From a virus (lineage: Duplodnaviria > Heunggongvirae > Uroviricota > Caudoviricetes), in the IMG/VR virus record IMGVR_UViG_646311924_000007, positions 33,898 through 97,897 of that record: DNA of 64,000 bases. One strand, given 5' to 3'. Made by a program: the position numbers and the translations under genes. Of the stretch, positions 1 through 10,671 are shown one piece after another. The notes under the pieces were generated by a model that made no database searches, was not told the DNA's origin, and worked only from the letters and a program-made list of their open reading frames with translations. The first letter of the stretch is position 1, and the number at the start of each line of letters is the position of its first letter.

Positions 1-2986
1 GTGCGCCGAGCTGGTCAAAGTAACTTGAGTTGTTGGCCACCGGACGCGCCTCTTCAACTGGCATCGGGGTATCAACATACACATTGCCAGCTGCTGTTGC
101 GGTCCCCTTCCCTCGTGCACGTTCTTCTAGCGTTCCCTGAACGACTTCCCGACGCATCCCCCGGCCATTCATGAATTTGTTGACCAGATCGTTAACGCCA
201 ACAGCATTGCCGATTTTGTCTACCAAACCGCCTTTCTCAAACGGGCTATCACCAGGGGTAAACGCCAGACCAGTAGACTGATCGATAACGGCGTTATCAG
301 GTAGTGGTTCCCTCACTCCATATTGCGCCCCACCCTGTGCTCCTGCCCCAGGTGTATAGATTTCACCACCTAAATAGCGAGCACGATGAGTATTGACCTT
401 GATCGCGTACTCACGGTTTTCCTTCGATAAGTCACCGGTGCCTTTTTTCCACTTATTAATAGTGCCAAACCCAGCGTTATATGCAGTGATGGCCTCGTTT
501 AAGTCTCCATTGGCTTGCTTCAGATACTTGCTCATGAGAAGAGCCGCAGCTTCTGCCGATTTCACAGGATCAAACGATTCACCTTCAGCTAAGCCAGTCT
601 CTTCACGAGCAATGCCCGTGAACTGAAACATTCCTAGAGCACCAGTTTGTGATTTTGCGTACGGATTACCACCAGATTCAGTTGCAGCAATCGCGTAAAG
701 AGTGCCTTCAGGAAGACCATATTTATTCTCCAGTTCAGCAAAATACGGAGCTAACTTATCGAGATTTGCCTTACCTTCAGCGCCAAGGCTTCCGACTTTT
801 ACATCTAAGTTGCCATTATTGTAGGTATCAGCAGCTTTCTGAATGTCATTCCTGGTGCCGGTGGTATTACGCGACGATGATGACGAGCTATTTTGTCCAA
901 TAGCTGAATCAATTTTCCGCACCGCGCTATTGCCCGTTTCTACGGCATTTGCATTGATAATCTGATTGGCAGTTTCTTTAACTGTTTTATTGCTATCTTT
1001 CGCCGTGTCCAGTGCCGCATTTATCACGCGGGTAGCAATATTAGTCTGTTTAGCATCGGATTCAGTTTTAGAATCAGATGTCTCCTGGTGGCTATTAACC
1101 GGAGCTTTTAACTCTGGAGTGATTTCTTTTGCATTAGCCTCGCCGATCGGATTGGGTATTTTTGATACAATCATTGCCGCAGGGGTATTTTTAACGGCAT
1201 CAACCGCTGCATCTAATGCTTTACCGGGTAAATTTTTAACCCCATCCCAAATATTACCAGCCGCCTCTTTAATGTGTTTTCCTGGGTTCTTAATGAAGTC
1301 AATTGCACTATCAATTGCATCACTGAAAACCTGTTTCAGGTTATCGACAGTAAAGAAGTCTTTTATGGCATCCAGCTTTTCAAGCAACTTATTAGATGTA
1401 TCGCTAAACCATGCTGAAACAGCATCACCAATCTTTGCTGTGTAATCATCGAACTTGGTAGAAATGGTGTCGCCAAGGTTAGAAATATATGTTTCTAAGT
1501 TGGTAACCCCACTATCAATGGCCTGGGCAATACTTTCCGTCGAAAATGATTGCAACATATTGCCGATATCCTCAAATCCAAGTGATTTGAGAACATCACC
1601 AATAGCACTGCTAATACCAGATACCAGTCCCCCCATATCGAGAACATTGGCTAACGTATAAGCGGCTTTTTGCTGGAATGATGGATCTTGTCCTGATTTA
1701 AGCCCAAACGCTCGACGTTGCGCTTCTGTATCATTCCAACCGGTTACCGCATCATAAATACCTCCAGCCACTGTGCCGACTAGGGGAATTGCGCGTAACG
1801 CCCCTTTACCAACTGCCTTTAATCCAAGTTTACCTGCTGCCCGGGCAGCCAAATCTCCGCCTTCATGGGCGAGAGTCTTCTTGCCACCACCGCGTAGCAT
1901 TCCTACAAGTTTCTTTGCCCCCAGAGCGCCAAAAGCGAGTGCTCCAGCTTTTTTCAGCATGCCACGCCCCATTAACAACGACGCGACGCCACCGGCCCCC
2001 TTCCCTAACAGGCTAAATAGTTTGGACAGCAAGCCGCCCTTCTTTTTACCGGTGTTTTTGGCTATCTGATCAAGGGCGCGGAGAATCTTGTCATTGCCCT
2101 CTTTAATTTCGCTGGTCTGCTCCTGAAGTTCCTGAACCGTCCGTTTTTGGGTGTTAACCTGAACGACATCGGCACTATTTTGCGATTTACGCCTAAAAAA
2201 ACCTTTTCTACGGCTGTTATCGTCATTGCCACGAATCACATCGGCAATAGACTTTCTGGCACCATTAAGCGATCCACCAACTTCTTTTGATATCCCGCCA
2301 AGCTCCTTCCCTGCTGCCCACAATGGACCAGCAACGGCATAACCTAACGCATCGACAGCACGAGTCTCTGAAGGGTTGCCTATGCCTTCAGCTACTTTTG
2401 ACAGTTTTTTTAATAAACCTGATTCAGCATTTAGACGCTCATCATCCTCTTTGCGCCTGGCCTTTTCAGCACGTTCAGCACGGGCATCTTCCGCTGCGGC
2501 CTTACTCCCTGACTTTCCAATAAAACGACCACGCGCATCGCGTTGGTTTTGGCTTTTTTGCGCACCGCCTTTTTGACCGAACATTTCGCGAGCGTGTTCG
2601 GCTGCTTCGGTCCGTTGCGCCTTTACATCTTCTGTTATAGCCTTCTTGCGTCGTTTTTTACCCTTTCGCGTAGTTGATTTGGCCTGCGGTTCCTGTAGAG
2701 CAACATCCTCCTGAACTACACGAGAAACGTCCCCTAAATTAAGCCGTTTCATTGCCTCAACAATAGGGTCCACTGATGGCGCATTGGCCACAAAGTCTGG
2801 CCGGGAATTTTCGATTGTGCGATTTAATGCCGACACACTACGAGAGACAGGATCAACTGTAGCAACTCGCCCCCCTTTCAAATCTTCAACGGCTTCCCGA
2901 ATACCTGCAAGCTCTTCCAGCTCTTTTGCGCTGGCGGTTTCAACCGTCCTTATCACATCGTCAATGTTGGCGTTTTTTCTTTCCAT
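1..2986 (-). CDS. sit: Sit-like tail tape-measure / injection protein with lytic transglycosylase domain (partial; 3' end beyond window start)
   Basis: Minus-strand frame open from ATG at 2984-2986 to position 1 with no stop, so absent from the ORF track; translation contains an SLT-type motif (ESGGNPYAKSQTGALGMFQF) encoded around nt 560-700 and Ala/Lys/Gly-rich low-complexity stretches; only short ORFs on the + strand. Confidence 0.7.
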   Translation of the reverse strand, partial: MERKNANIDDVIRTVETASAKELEELAGIREAVEDLKGGRVATVDPVSRSVSALNRTIENSRPDFVANAPSVDPIVEAMKRLNLGDVSRVVQEDVALQEPQAKSTTRKGKKRRKKAITEDVKAQRTEAAEHAREMFGQKGGAQKSQNQRDARGRFIGKSGSKAAAEDARAERAEKARRKEDDERLNAESGLLKKLSKVAEGIGNPSETRAVDALGYAVAGPLWAAGKELGGISKEVGGSLNGARKSIADVIRGNDDNSRRKGFFRRKSQNSADVVQVNTQKRTVQELQEQTSEIKEGNDKILRALDQIAKNTGKKKGGLLSKLFSLLGKGAGGVASLLMGRGMLKKAGALAFGALGAKKLVGMLRGGGKKTLAHEGGDLAARAAGKLGLKAVGKGALRAIPLVGTVAGGIYDAVTGWNDTEAQRRAFGLKSGQDPSFQQKAAYTLANVLDMGGLVSGISSAIGDVLKSLGFEDIGNMLQSFSTESIAQAIDSGVTNLETYISNLGDTISTKFDDYTAKIGDAVSAWFSDTSNKLLEKLDAIKDFFTVDNLKQVFSDAIDSAIDFIKNPGKHIKEAAGNIWDGVKNLPGKALDAAVDAVKNTPAAMIVSKIPNPIGEANAKEITPELKAPVNSHQETSDSKTESDAKQTNIATRVINAALDTAKDSNKTVKETANQIINANAVETGNSAVRKIDSAIGQNSSSSSSRNTTGTRNDIQKAADTYNNGNLDVKVGSLGAEGKANLDKLAPYFAELENKYGLPEGTLYAIAATESGGNPYAKSQTGALGMFQFTGIAREETGLAEGESFDPVKSAEAAALLMSKYLKQANGDLNEAITAYNAGFGTINKWKKGTGDLSKENREYAIKVNTHRARYLGGEIYTPGAGAQGGAQYGVREPLPDNAVIDQSTGLAFTPGDSPFEKGGLVDKIGNAVGVNDLVNKFMNGRGMRREVVQGTLEERARGKGTATAAGNVYVDTPMPVEEARPVANNSSYFDQLGA

Positions 2987-3067
2987 GATCTTATCGCCTA
3001 CCGCTTCGGTTTAAGTTTTTCTTCCAGTTTCTCCAACAGGAAAAACGCATAGGATTCAGTGAGACTT

Positions 3068-3949
3068 TCAGCGTCCTGAATCGGTATACCCCCATACAAA
3101 ACCAGGTTGGACACTAAGGTCTGATAGCTTTTCAATCCCCACCTGTGGAATGAAGTCGGTAGCCCGAAAGGGCACCCACAGACGGGTATACGCACCCTCT
3201 GTGGACTCCTTTGTATCCTGGTTTGGGCATTTGTGCGGCGGGAGACGAAGACGCATTTCGCCTTTATCGATGTAGCACGGTAAACCATGTTCGAGCTTTT
3301 CATGAGCCAGCCGGATGTGTGCCGCCAGCTTCATAAATTCAGTATCAATGGCCATCCGTTTGATCGTTTCATAACGACGCTCAGCCTGCTCTTCACGAGT
3401 ACCGCTAACATCGTTATAAAGTTCACACTGATAAGCGAATTCCCAAAAACGCAAATCAACGATCGCTTCTTTGAATTCCGCGTCGTCTTCAGGTGGCAAT
3501 GCTGCACGGCGCATCTCCAGCATTTCCATTGCCCAACCATCAAGCGGCACGATACGCCATTGATAAGGCACGCCCTCTACAGACACCTCAATATCGTCAA
3601 TGAACGGTTCCACTTCCAGGACCTGGATATCTTCAGCCAGAGCATTCATATCGCAATCGTAATAATGCTCTTTACCGCAATGTTTACAGGTGTAGGTGAA
3701 TGTCTCGACCGGTGTTTCACGGGAGCCAGTAAATATCCACCATAACGCGGTAATCCGGTCCTGCGCCGTCCATGTCAGGGGATCATATTTCGCGGGTTCA
3801 GCCAGCAAGGCTTTTAAATACGCCGTTGTCTGTTGTTCTTGTTCCTCCGGTGTTATCGAGTTGAAACGCATCGCATCAGCAATATTTGGCTGACGGAACT
3901 GGATCAATTCAGTTGGCCGCGATGGTAGCGGGAAAAGAGGTAAAAGCAT
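3068..3949 (-). CDS. hypothetical phage morphogenesis protein (293 aa)
   Basis: ORF co-oriented with and immediately upstream of sit in a tightly packed minus-strand array; contains a CxxC...C cluster (TYTCKHCGKEHYYDC). Confidence 0.5.
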   Translation of the reverse strand: MLLPLFPLPSRPTELIQFRQPNIADAMRFNSITPEEQEQQTTAYLKALLAEPAKYDPLTWTAQDRITALWWIFTGSRETPVETFTYTCKHCGKEHYYDCDMNALAEDIQVLEVEPFIDDIEVSVEGVPYQWRIVPLDGWAMEMLEMRRAALPPEDDAEFKEAIVDLRFWEFAYQCELYNDVSGTREEQAERRYETIKRMAIDTEFMKLAAHIRLAHEKLEHGLPCYIDKGEMRLRLPPHKCPNQDTKESTEGAYTRLWVPFRATDFIPQVGIEKLSDLSVQPGFVWGYTDSGR

Positions 3950-3963
3950 CCTTGCTCCTTAAT

Positions 3964-4575
3964 TCAAAGAGAAAAACTAAAGCCCAGAAGGGAAGCTAAA
4001 GAACTTGAGGATTGGTTAAACGTGCTGTGCAATGCGAAGGTCATTGGGAATGACTTAAATTCCGTAACCTGATCCCGCGCATAGGTGACATCGCCGGTAG
4101 TGACTGGGAATACCGTCATCTCATTTTCCAGTTTGGTTAAACCGGAGGACAGCAACCGATAAATACGCACATTGAGCAAATATTTAGACGGTATATTCCC
4201 GGTACCGTCCGGATTGATCACCCGACCTTTTGCCGTCTTAAACCAGTCCAAAACGAGGCCATCAACGGTATCCCTGACCATCATTGTTATCTGCCCAGGC
4301 GAACGCTCCGTTGGCTGAAGGATATTCCCTCCGCCGATTTTAATCGTTTCATATTCGATGCTGTAATCGTGGTAGGTAATGTCTTTAGCAAAGAAGTCTG
4401 CCCCCTCCAGACCATCAACTTCGACAGAGAACTGCCATCCTTGCGCGAACAGCATTTTGTTCATGATGATTGACGTCAGCTTACCAACTTCCCGCTCACC
4501 AACGCCGGAGCCAAATAATGTCGTCGTTAATGCCGAAGATACATAAGACTTTACTGAAGCAACATTAAGCCCCAT
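3964..4575 (-). CDS. hypothetical phage structural/morphogenesis protein (203 aa)
   Basis: ORF in the same minus-strand operon, 11-14 nt spacing to neighbours. Confidence 0.5.
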   Translation of the reverse strand: MGLNVASVKSYVSSALTTTLFGSGVGEREVGKLTSIIMNKMLFAQGWQFSVEVDGLEGADFFAKDITYHDYSIEYETIKIGGGNILQPTERSPGQITMMVRDTVDGLVLDWFKTAKGRVINPDGTGNIPSKYLLNVRIYRLLSSGLTKLENEMTVFPVTTGDVTYARDQVTEFKSFPMTFALHSTFNQSSSSLASLLGFSFSL

Positions 4576-4585
4576 ATCAGCCCCC

Positions 4586-5176
<591 letters not shown>

Positions 5177-5210
5177 TTAACCGATTCTACGAGTAGTCAT
5201 TTGTGACAGG

Positions 5211-5714
5211 TCATTTTGCGCGCTTCAGGCAGCCATCTTCAGGTGCCGCGTTGAAAAGCTCTGCGGCCTTACGTAGCGTAAATGTTGCGATTTTTTTTCC
5301 GTCTACGTATGCATCGAATGTTTTAACTTCCATATCAGGGGTATCTGACCAAAAACCATACCAGTAACTATCACCCACAGAGGAACCGATAGAACTGATA
5401 GGATATTCATCATCACCAACTTTCAGCGTTATTTGTTCTTTTTTAGCATCAAATGACTCACCACCTGGTTCTGTTTTCATGAGTGTGAGTAGTCGTGTTC
5501 CTACTTGATTGGGATCCGTATTATTAAATCCAACATCGCACTCAAATGTAAGCGTATAATTATCTTTGCTGGAAACAGCATAAGAGCGAACACCATGAGT
5601 CTCGCTGGTGGACCATTTGCTTACATTTGCCATTGACGAAAAAGGAGTAAGCAAAGCAAGAATTAGAAAAAATCGTTTGATGCGCATTAATTTATCTCCT
5701 TTGTATATTAACAA
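5211..5714 (-). CDS. secreted/lipoprotein-like protein (167 aa ORF; probable start at internal Met giving MRIKRFFLILALLTPFSSMA signal peptide)
   Basis: N-terminal hydrophobic signal-peptide-like segment; AT-rich upstream region. Confidence 0.5.
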   Translation of the reverse strand: MLIYKGDKLMRIKRFFLILALLTPFSSMANVSKWSTSETHGVRSYAVSSKDNYTLTFECDVGFNNTDPNQVGTRLLTLMKTEPGGESFDAKKEQITLKVGDDEYPISSIGSSVGDSYWYGFWSDTPDMEVKTFDAYVDGKKIATFTLRKAAELFNAAPEDGCLKRAK

Positions 5715-5751
5715 TTATTATCAATATTTTAATTAATTACCCATCATATAT

Positions 5752-6426
5752 TTACCATTCATAGGGTAAATTAAGCGCTTTTAAACCTTGCTGGAAGGTA
5801 TTAAGTGAGCCGTTCTTTTGTTGTTCCATTTTTTCGCGTGCCGCTTTCTCATACTGCTCCATCCGTTGGTTATACTCTTGCAATTCTTCTGGAGAGAGGT
5901 TTCCCATTGGGGAGTTTGTACCCGGCCCCCTGGCCCGCTCTTCAAGCGTACCCTGAACGTTTTGATAGCGCATTCCTGGGGCATTTCTGATTGAGTCAAT
6001 GCCATTTCTTCCAACATCTTCTTTATTAACGGCATTGCTCGCCACCAGCACCCCCCAGCTAGGGATAGCAAAATCAGGAGCGGTTTCGCATGCCTTTACC
6101 ATATAATCGAAAGAGCTTCGATTGATCTCGTTTGCGTCGGGATTTAATAGGCGAGAATATTGATATTTAGCATTTTCGTTGGTTGCGACTTTATACAGTT
6201 CTTGCTGCACCATCGCTTCAGAAAGTTTAAGGCGTTTCATATCTGACAGTAACTTCTTGCGCATGGATTCGTCTTGACTGACAGCAAAGCCGTAAACGTG
6301 CCCAAGGTATTTCGTATAATCGGTACAAATCTCCTTTACGCTTGATGCTGCATTAACAGTCCCAGCCATAAATAATAACGGTAGTAATAGTTTTCTCATT
6401 ATAACCTCACCTGCCTTATAACCCAT
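5752..6426 (-). CDS. exported protein with signal peptide (224 aa)
   Basis: Start codon checked at 6424-6426; internal Met followed by KLLLPLLFMAGTVNAASS signal-like sequence. Confidence 0.5.
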   Translation of the reverse strand: MGYKAGEVIMRKLLLPLLFMAGTVNAASSVKEICTDYTKYLGHVYGFAVSQDESMRKKLLSDMKRLKLSEAMVQQELYKVATNENAKYQYSRLLNPDANEINRSSFDYMVKACETAPDFAIPSWGVLVASNAVNKEDVGRNGIDSIRNAPGMRYQNVQGTLEERARGPGTNSPMGNLSPEELQEYNQRMEQYEKAAREKMEQQKNGSLNTFQQGLKALNLPYEW

Positions 6427-6495
6427 TTAGGGTACATATTTTCGCCTTTAAAAAAAAGAGGTTATTAGATCCAATTGTGTATTTATTAAGCATAT

Positions 6496-6512
6496 AATGC
6501 TCTAATAAATTT
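6496..6512 (+). promoter_or_regulatory. C1 repressor operator-like 17-mer (AATGCTCTAATAAATTT) upstream of the c4/icd/ant module
   Basis: 16/17 match to the phage P1 C1 operator consensus ATTGCTCTAATAAATTT; positioned like P1 Op51. Confidence 0.6.
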
Positions 6513-6699
6513 GTATTTTTAAGTCGCGAATGCTATCTTTTCGCATCATATTGACCTTTTAATCGTTCAGGCTTATAGTTCCGCCGTCGTAGCAAATTCT
6601 GCGACCGGGTTTAGCAGCCTGAATGATTGTGCGGACAGCCGCAGATATCCGATATTGCGGTATTTTTGTGTCCGTAAAACCGCGTTACGCCCAAATTAT

Positions 6700-6776
6700 G
6701 GTGGGGCGTGATGGGGAGGCTTCGGCCTGCTGGTTTCACAATCGCCAGTCTGCTAACCCCGTCACGTCCTGCCACC
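6700..6776 (+). ncRNA. c4: candidate c4-like antisense regulatory RNA
   Basis: GC-rich segment with self-complementary ends (GGTGGGG...CCTGCCACC) between the operator and icd, in the position of P1 c4; has a 7-nt stretch (CTGCTAA) complementary to the icd leader; boundaries approximate. Confidence 0.3.
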
Positions 6777-6826
6777 TGTTTAGCAGCGGGTAGCAGGTTG
6801 TTAAACCTGATTGTGAGGCCGTAACT

Positions 6827-7048
6827 ATGGTTAATGCCAATCCTTGCGCACGCCAAGAATTCATCTGGCGTTTCTATTCCTGTAAAAAACACCACTATCA
6901 CTTCGTTATCGCAGCAACAGAAGACGAAGCACGCTCTCAATTGCCTGATGGCCCCTGCATTTTTACTGCCCGTTTTTCAACTAACTCGCGCAATTCACTT
7001 AGTTACTGGAACCTCCCCTTCTCTGCCGACGTTCAGGGGGGTTTATGA
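6827..7048 (+). CDS. icd: Icd-like protein (73 aa)
   Basis: 73-aa ORF whose TGA overlaps the ant ATG (ATGA), size and position as in P1 icd. Confidence 0.75.
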   Translation: MVNANPCARQEFIWRFYSCKKHHYHFVIAATEDEARSQLPDGPCIFTARFSTNSRNSLSYWNLPFSADVQGGL

Positions 7049-8082
7049 AAAAACCTCTCGTCACCCGTAATGACATAGCCGAAGCTATCGCCCTGCATAC
7101 TGCCTGTATGCCGACACGGGAGATCCCCGGCGCAATTGCCAACTATTTCATGATAACCAGACGTTTTTATACCCGAACAGATAAGGCTGTGATCAACAAG
7201 CTACTGATAGCCGAGATCAGGGATTATTTGATTGAACAAGGACGTCTACGTTACGCAACAGTGGCAGCAGAAATGAGAAAGGAGGCACATAGAATGACCG
7301 GTAATAATTTGAATGTTGAAAAAACAGCACCTGTTACGTCAGCTACGCCAGCACCAGCCGTGAATATCATCCCCAACACCGGAGACACAATCGACAGCCT
7401 GACACTGTTAAAGATGGTCAATGAAGCGCGTAAGTTATGTGGGGAACCAGAGGTTCGGAACAACAAATTCATAGAAAAAATACTCGATGAGCTTGATGGT
7501 GAGCACTACACAAAAAGTGTAGTGGAAAAAATGAACAAAACATCAATGCTTGTCATAACCATGACCTACAAACAAGCCCTGCGAGTCGCCGCACGCGAAT
7601 CAAAAGCCGTCCGCCGTTCGCTGATCGACAAACTGGAAGAATTGCAGCAGGCAAACTCCCCTACCCCATCGATCCCCCAAACATTACCAGAAGCTCTACG
7701 CCTGGCTGCCGAGTTGGCAGAACAGAAAATGCAGTTGGAACAACAGCTGGTGGCCGCAGCCCCTAAAGTCGATTTTGCCGACCGGGTATCAGCGGCTAAT
7801 GGAATCCTGATCGGGAACTTTGCAAAGGTCGTTGGACTTAAGCAAAACGCCCTTTTCTCATGGTTGCGCCAGAACGGCATTCTCATGGCTTTTGGTGCGC
7901 GCAAAAACGTACCGCGCCAACAGTACATCAACGCCGGATATTTCACGGTGAAAGAAGTGGTGCTGGATGATGAAGATGGCTACCAGATACGGCTGACGCC
8001 CCAATTAACGGGTAAAGGCCAGCAGTGGTTAACTCGCAAGCTACTTGATGCTGGTTTGTTAAAACCAGTAGCAATAGGTTAA
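7045..8082 (+). CDS. ant: antirepressor Ant (ORF6N + KilA-C-type domains)
   Basis: 345-aa ORF directly downstream of icd; C-terminal PKVDFADRVS...YFTVKE...TGKGQQWL motif shared with KilA and the second Ant copy. Confidence 0.8.
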   Translation: MKKPLVTRNDIAEAIALHTACMPTREIPGAIANYFMITRRFYTRTDKAVINKLLIAEIRDYLIEQGRLRYATVAAEMRKEAHRMTGNNLNVEKTAPVTSATPAPAVNIIPNTGDTIDSLTLLKMVNEARKLCGEPEVRNNKFIEKILDELDGEHYTKSVVEKMNKTSMLVITMTYKQALRVAARESKAVRRSLIDKLEELQQANSPTPSIPQTLPEALRLAAELAEQKMQLEQQLVAAAPKVDFADRVSAANGILIGNFAKVVGLKQNALFSWLRQNGILMAFGARKNVPRQQYINAGYFTVKEVVLDDEDGYQIRLTPQLTGKGQQWLTRKLLDAGLLKPVAIG

Positions 8083-8095
8083 CAAAAGAAAAAAA

Positions 8096-8120
8096 CCTGC
8101 CAGCAAACTGGCAGGTTTCT
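8096..8120 (+). terminator. rho-independent terminator after ant
   Basis: Hairpin CCTGCCAGC-AA-ACTGGCAGG followed by TTTCT, 14 nt after the ant stop. Confidence 0.6.
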
Positions 8121-8160
8121 GAGCAGATCGACCAACCCGATCTGGATCGAGTCAGAAAAA

Positions 8161-8177
8161 TTTGCTCTAATAAATTT
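8161..8177 (+). promoter_or_regulatory. C1 operator-like 17-mer (TTTGCTCTAATAAATTT) upstream of kilA-repL
   Basis: 16/17 match to C1 operator consensus, 86 nt upstream of kilA ATG; positioned like P1 Op53. Confidence 0.6.
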
Positions 8178-8246
8178 CGTTTTCTAAGTGCAAAGAATCA
8201 CCATTTCGAGCTGGTGATTGAAGGTTGATGCAAATTTGGAGAAAAA

Positions 8247-9047
8247 ATGCAACAAACATTCAATGCGGATATGAATATATCAAACCTTCATCAAAATGTC
8301 GATCCTTCAACCACTCTGCCCGTTATTTGTGGTGTTGAAATTACGACCGACCGCGCTGGCCGTTACAACCTTAATGCTCTACACAGAGCGAGCGGACTCG
8401 GTGCCCATAAAGCGCCAGCTCAATGGCTAAGAACGCTGTCAGCTAAACAGCTCATCGAAGAGCTTGAAAAAGAAACTATGCAGAATTGCATAGTTTCGTT
8501 CGAAGGCCGTGGCGGCGGCACTTTTGCCCATGAATTGCTCGCAGTGGAGTACGCTGGTTGGATTTCTCCCGCGTTTCGGCTGAAGGTAAACCAGACATTT
8601 ATCGACTATCGAGCTGGAAGATTACAACCTGCTATTCCGAAGAGCCTCCCAGAAGCTCTCCGTTTGGCTGCCGACCTGGCAGAGCAAAAGCAACGGCTGG
8701 AGCAAAAAATGCTGATGGATGCACCTAAAGTCGAATTCGCCGAACGCGTTGCTACCGCCAGCGGGGTTCTAATCGGCAACTATGCCAAAGTGCTCGGCCT
8801 GGGCCAAAACTATCTCTTCACCTGGTTGCGTGATAACGGAATTCTGATCGCAACCGGTGAACGCAGGAACGTCCCCAAACAAGAATACATATCCCGTGGG
8901 TATTTCACCCTTAAAGAAACCGTGATCGATACAAGCAATGGAAGCAGGATTTCTTTCACGACTCGTATAACCGGCAAAGGTCAGCAGTGGCTGATGAAGC
9001 GATTGCTTGATGCTGGTGTGCTGGTACCTGTCGCGGCAGCGCGCTAA
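8247..9047 (+). CDS. kilA: KilA (KilA-N + KilA-C domain protein, 266 aa)
   Basis: 266 aa as in P1 KilA; N-terminal RYNLNALH segment; C-terminal KilA-C motif (PKVEFAERVA...YFTLKE...TGKGQQWL). Confidence 0.8.
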   Translation: MQQTFNADMNISNLHQNVDPSTTLPVICGVEITTDRAGRYNLNALHRASGLGAHKAPAQWLRTLSAKQLIEELEKETMQNCIVSFEGRGGGTFAHELLAVEYAGWISPAFRLKVNQTFIDYRAGRLQPAIPKSLPEALRLAADLAEQKQRLEQKMLMDAPKVEFAERVATASGVLIGNYAKVLGLGQNYLFTWLRDNGILIATGERRNVPKQEYISRGYFTLKETVIDTSNGSRISFTTRITGKGQQWLMKRLLDAGVLVPVAAAR

Positions 9048-9076
9048 CAGACGTAGTAAGAACCACCAGCATTGTA

Positions 9077-9922
9077 ATGCTGGCTAAAGTCACTTTCCTG
9101 AGCTGTATAACGATGAGCGATTTTACTTTTTCTGGCTATGAATTGGCCTGCTTTGTAACACACTCCGGTCTATCCCGTAGCGCCGGGCATATCCTGTCGC
9201 AATGTGCAAATCTCGCGGCAACAACCAGTGAATACTTCATTCACAAGCCTCACCGCCTGATCGCGGCAGAAACTGGTTATAGCCAATCAACCGTCGTTCG
9301 TGCATTCCGTGAAGCTGTAAACAAAGGAATCCTGTCAGTAGAGATTGTTATCGGCGATCACCGTGAACGTCGCGCTAACCTGTACCGGTTTACACCATCC
9401 TTTTTGGCCTTCGCACAACAAGCAAAAAATGCGCTGATTGAAAGCAAATTAAAGATCTCTTCAGCGGCAACCAAGGTTAAAGCTGTTCTCGCTAAGACAT
9501 TGGCTTTATTTAATTTTTTATCCACACCCCCATGTCAAAATGATACCCCCTCCCCCTGTCAGGATGACGTGGCAATAAAGAATAAGAAGTCACAATTTAA
9601 AAAAACAAAAAGATCAGTTTCCGGCGCTGCCGGAACGACCAAACTCAAAAAATTGACTTCATGGATCGCTGAGGCAAAAGCAAAGGCTGACAATCTGCGG
9701 TTATCCAAAAAACGCGCTCAAAAACATGAGTTCAAGCAGAAAGTAGAGGCGGCAGCGCGGAAATATGCTTACCTGAAGAACAAGCGTTCTCCTGATATTG
9801 GCGGGGTATCAAACTTCGATAATCTGCCGCATTGCATGACGGTAAACGAAGCTCTTAATGCGGTTTTAGCCAAAAATAAAGATAACGAACAATGGGGTAT
9901 ACCGGCAGGATTCAGAGGGTGA
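9077..9922 (+). CDS. repL: RepL-like lytic replication protein (281 aa)
   Basis: 281-aa ORF immediately downstream of kilA, same size and position as P1 repL; Lys-rich C-terminal half. Confidence 0.7.
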   Translation: MLAKVTFLSCITMSDFTFSGYELACFVTHSGLSRSAGHILSQCANLAATTSEYFIHKPHRLIAAETGYSQSTVVRAFREAVNKGILSVEIVIGDHRERRANLYRFTPSFLAFAQQAKNALIESKLKISSAATKVKAVLAKTLALFNFLSTPPCQNDTPSPCQDDVAIKNKKSQFKKTKRSVSGAAGTTKLKKLTSWIAEAKAKADNLRLSKKRAQKHEFKQKVEAAARKYAYLKNKRSPDIGGVSNFDNLPHCMTVNEALNAVLAKNKDNEQWGIPAGFRG

Positions 9923-10218
9923 TAGATTGCTCTAATCTGGAGTCACCTGGCGTTTTCAGTTTGAGGTCGGAGATGCAATCTGATTTTTTACAGTTAGCGA
10001 TCGCTTTTGCAGGATATGTTTGTATTGGCTTCTGTGTATACATGATCAGCCGAAAAATGCTTGTCGATATCGACCGCAAAGAACAAGCAGAGGAGATCTT
10101 AGTATGGATTTTCTTTGGCGCGGTCTGGCCATTAGGGATCATGTTTGCTGCAACATTTCTTCTGATGTGGATATTCACCCTTCCAGGTGATTTCTATAGA
10201 AAAAAAGCCAGACATTGA
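9892..10218 (+). CDS. small membrane protein (108 aa)
   Basis: Two predicted TM helices (YVCIGFCVYMI, FFGAVWPLGIMFAATFLLMWIF); overlaps the repL 3' end. Confidence 0.4.
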   Translation: MGYTGRIQRVIDCSNLESPGVFSLRSEMQSDFLQLAIAFAGYVCIGFCVYMISRKMLVDIDRKEQAEEILVWIFFGAVWPLGIMFAATFLLMWIFTLPGDFYRKKARH

Positions 10219-10625
10219 TACAATCGTTGCGGGTGCTTGAGGCTATCTGCTTCAGGCATTACCCGAAAAGCAGATAGAAGAAAGCCCCAGATAACATTAC
10301 GCGTCCTGCAAGACGCTTAACATTAATCTGAGGCCACATCTATGCTTAGCATACGTAGATTAGCCTCTTACCGACCAAAAGGTCAAGGAGAAGCAGGCTA
10401 TGAAGCAGCAAAAAGCGATGTTAATCGCTCTGATCGTCATCTGTTTAACCGTCATTGTGACGGCACTGGTAACGAGGAAAGACCTCTGCGAGGTACGAAT
10501 CCGAACCGGCCAGACGGAGGTCACTGTCTTCACAGCCTACGAATCTGAAAGGTAAGAGACCTGGCGGGGAGAGATCCCCGCCACTCTTCGTGTGTCAGGT
10601 ATCCTCAATGCACCCTTTCCTCTCC

Positions 10626-10650
10626 AAATAAAAAAGCTCCCGAAGGAGCT
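10626..10650. terminator. bidirectional intrinsic terminator
   Basis: Hairpin AGCTCCCGAAGGAGCT flanked by an A-run upstream and T-rich sequence downstream, between convergent transcription units; position +/-1. Confidence 0.5.
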
Positions 10651-10671
10651 TTAAAATACAAGGGATTACTA

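Noticed and set aside
393-2576. Plus-strand ORFs (77-159 aa) in the first 3 kb
   Set aside because: They lie antisense within one long uninterrupted minus-strand frame (sit) with a recognisable transglycosylase motif; they are low-complexity translations of the opposite strand.
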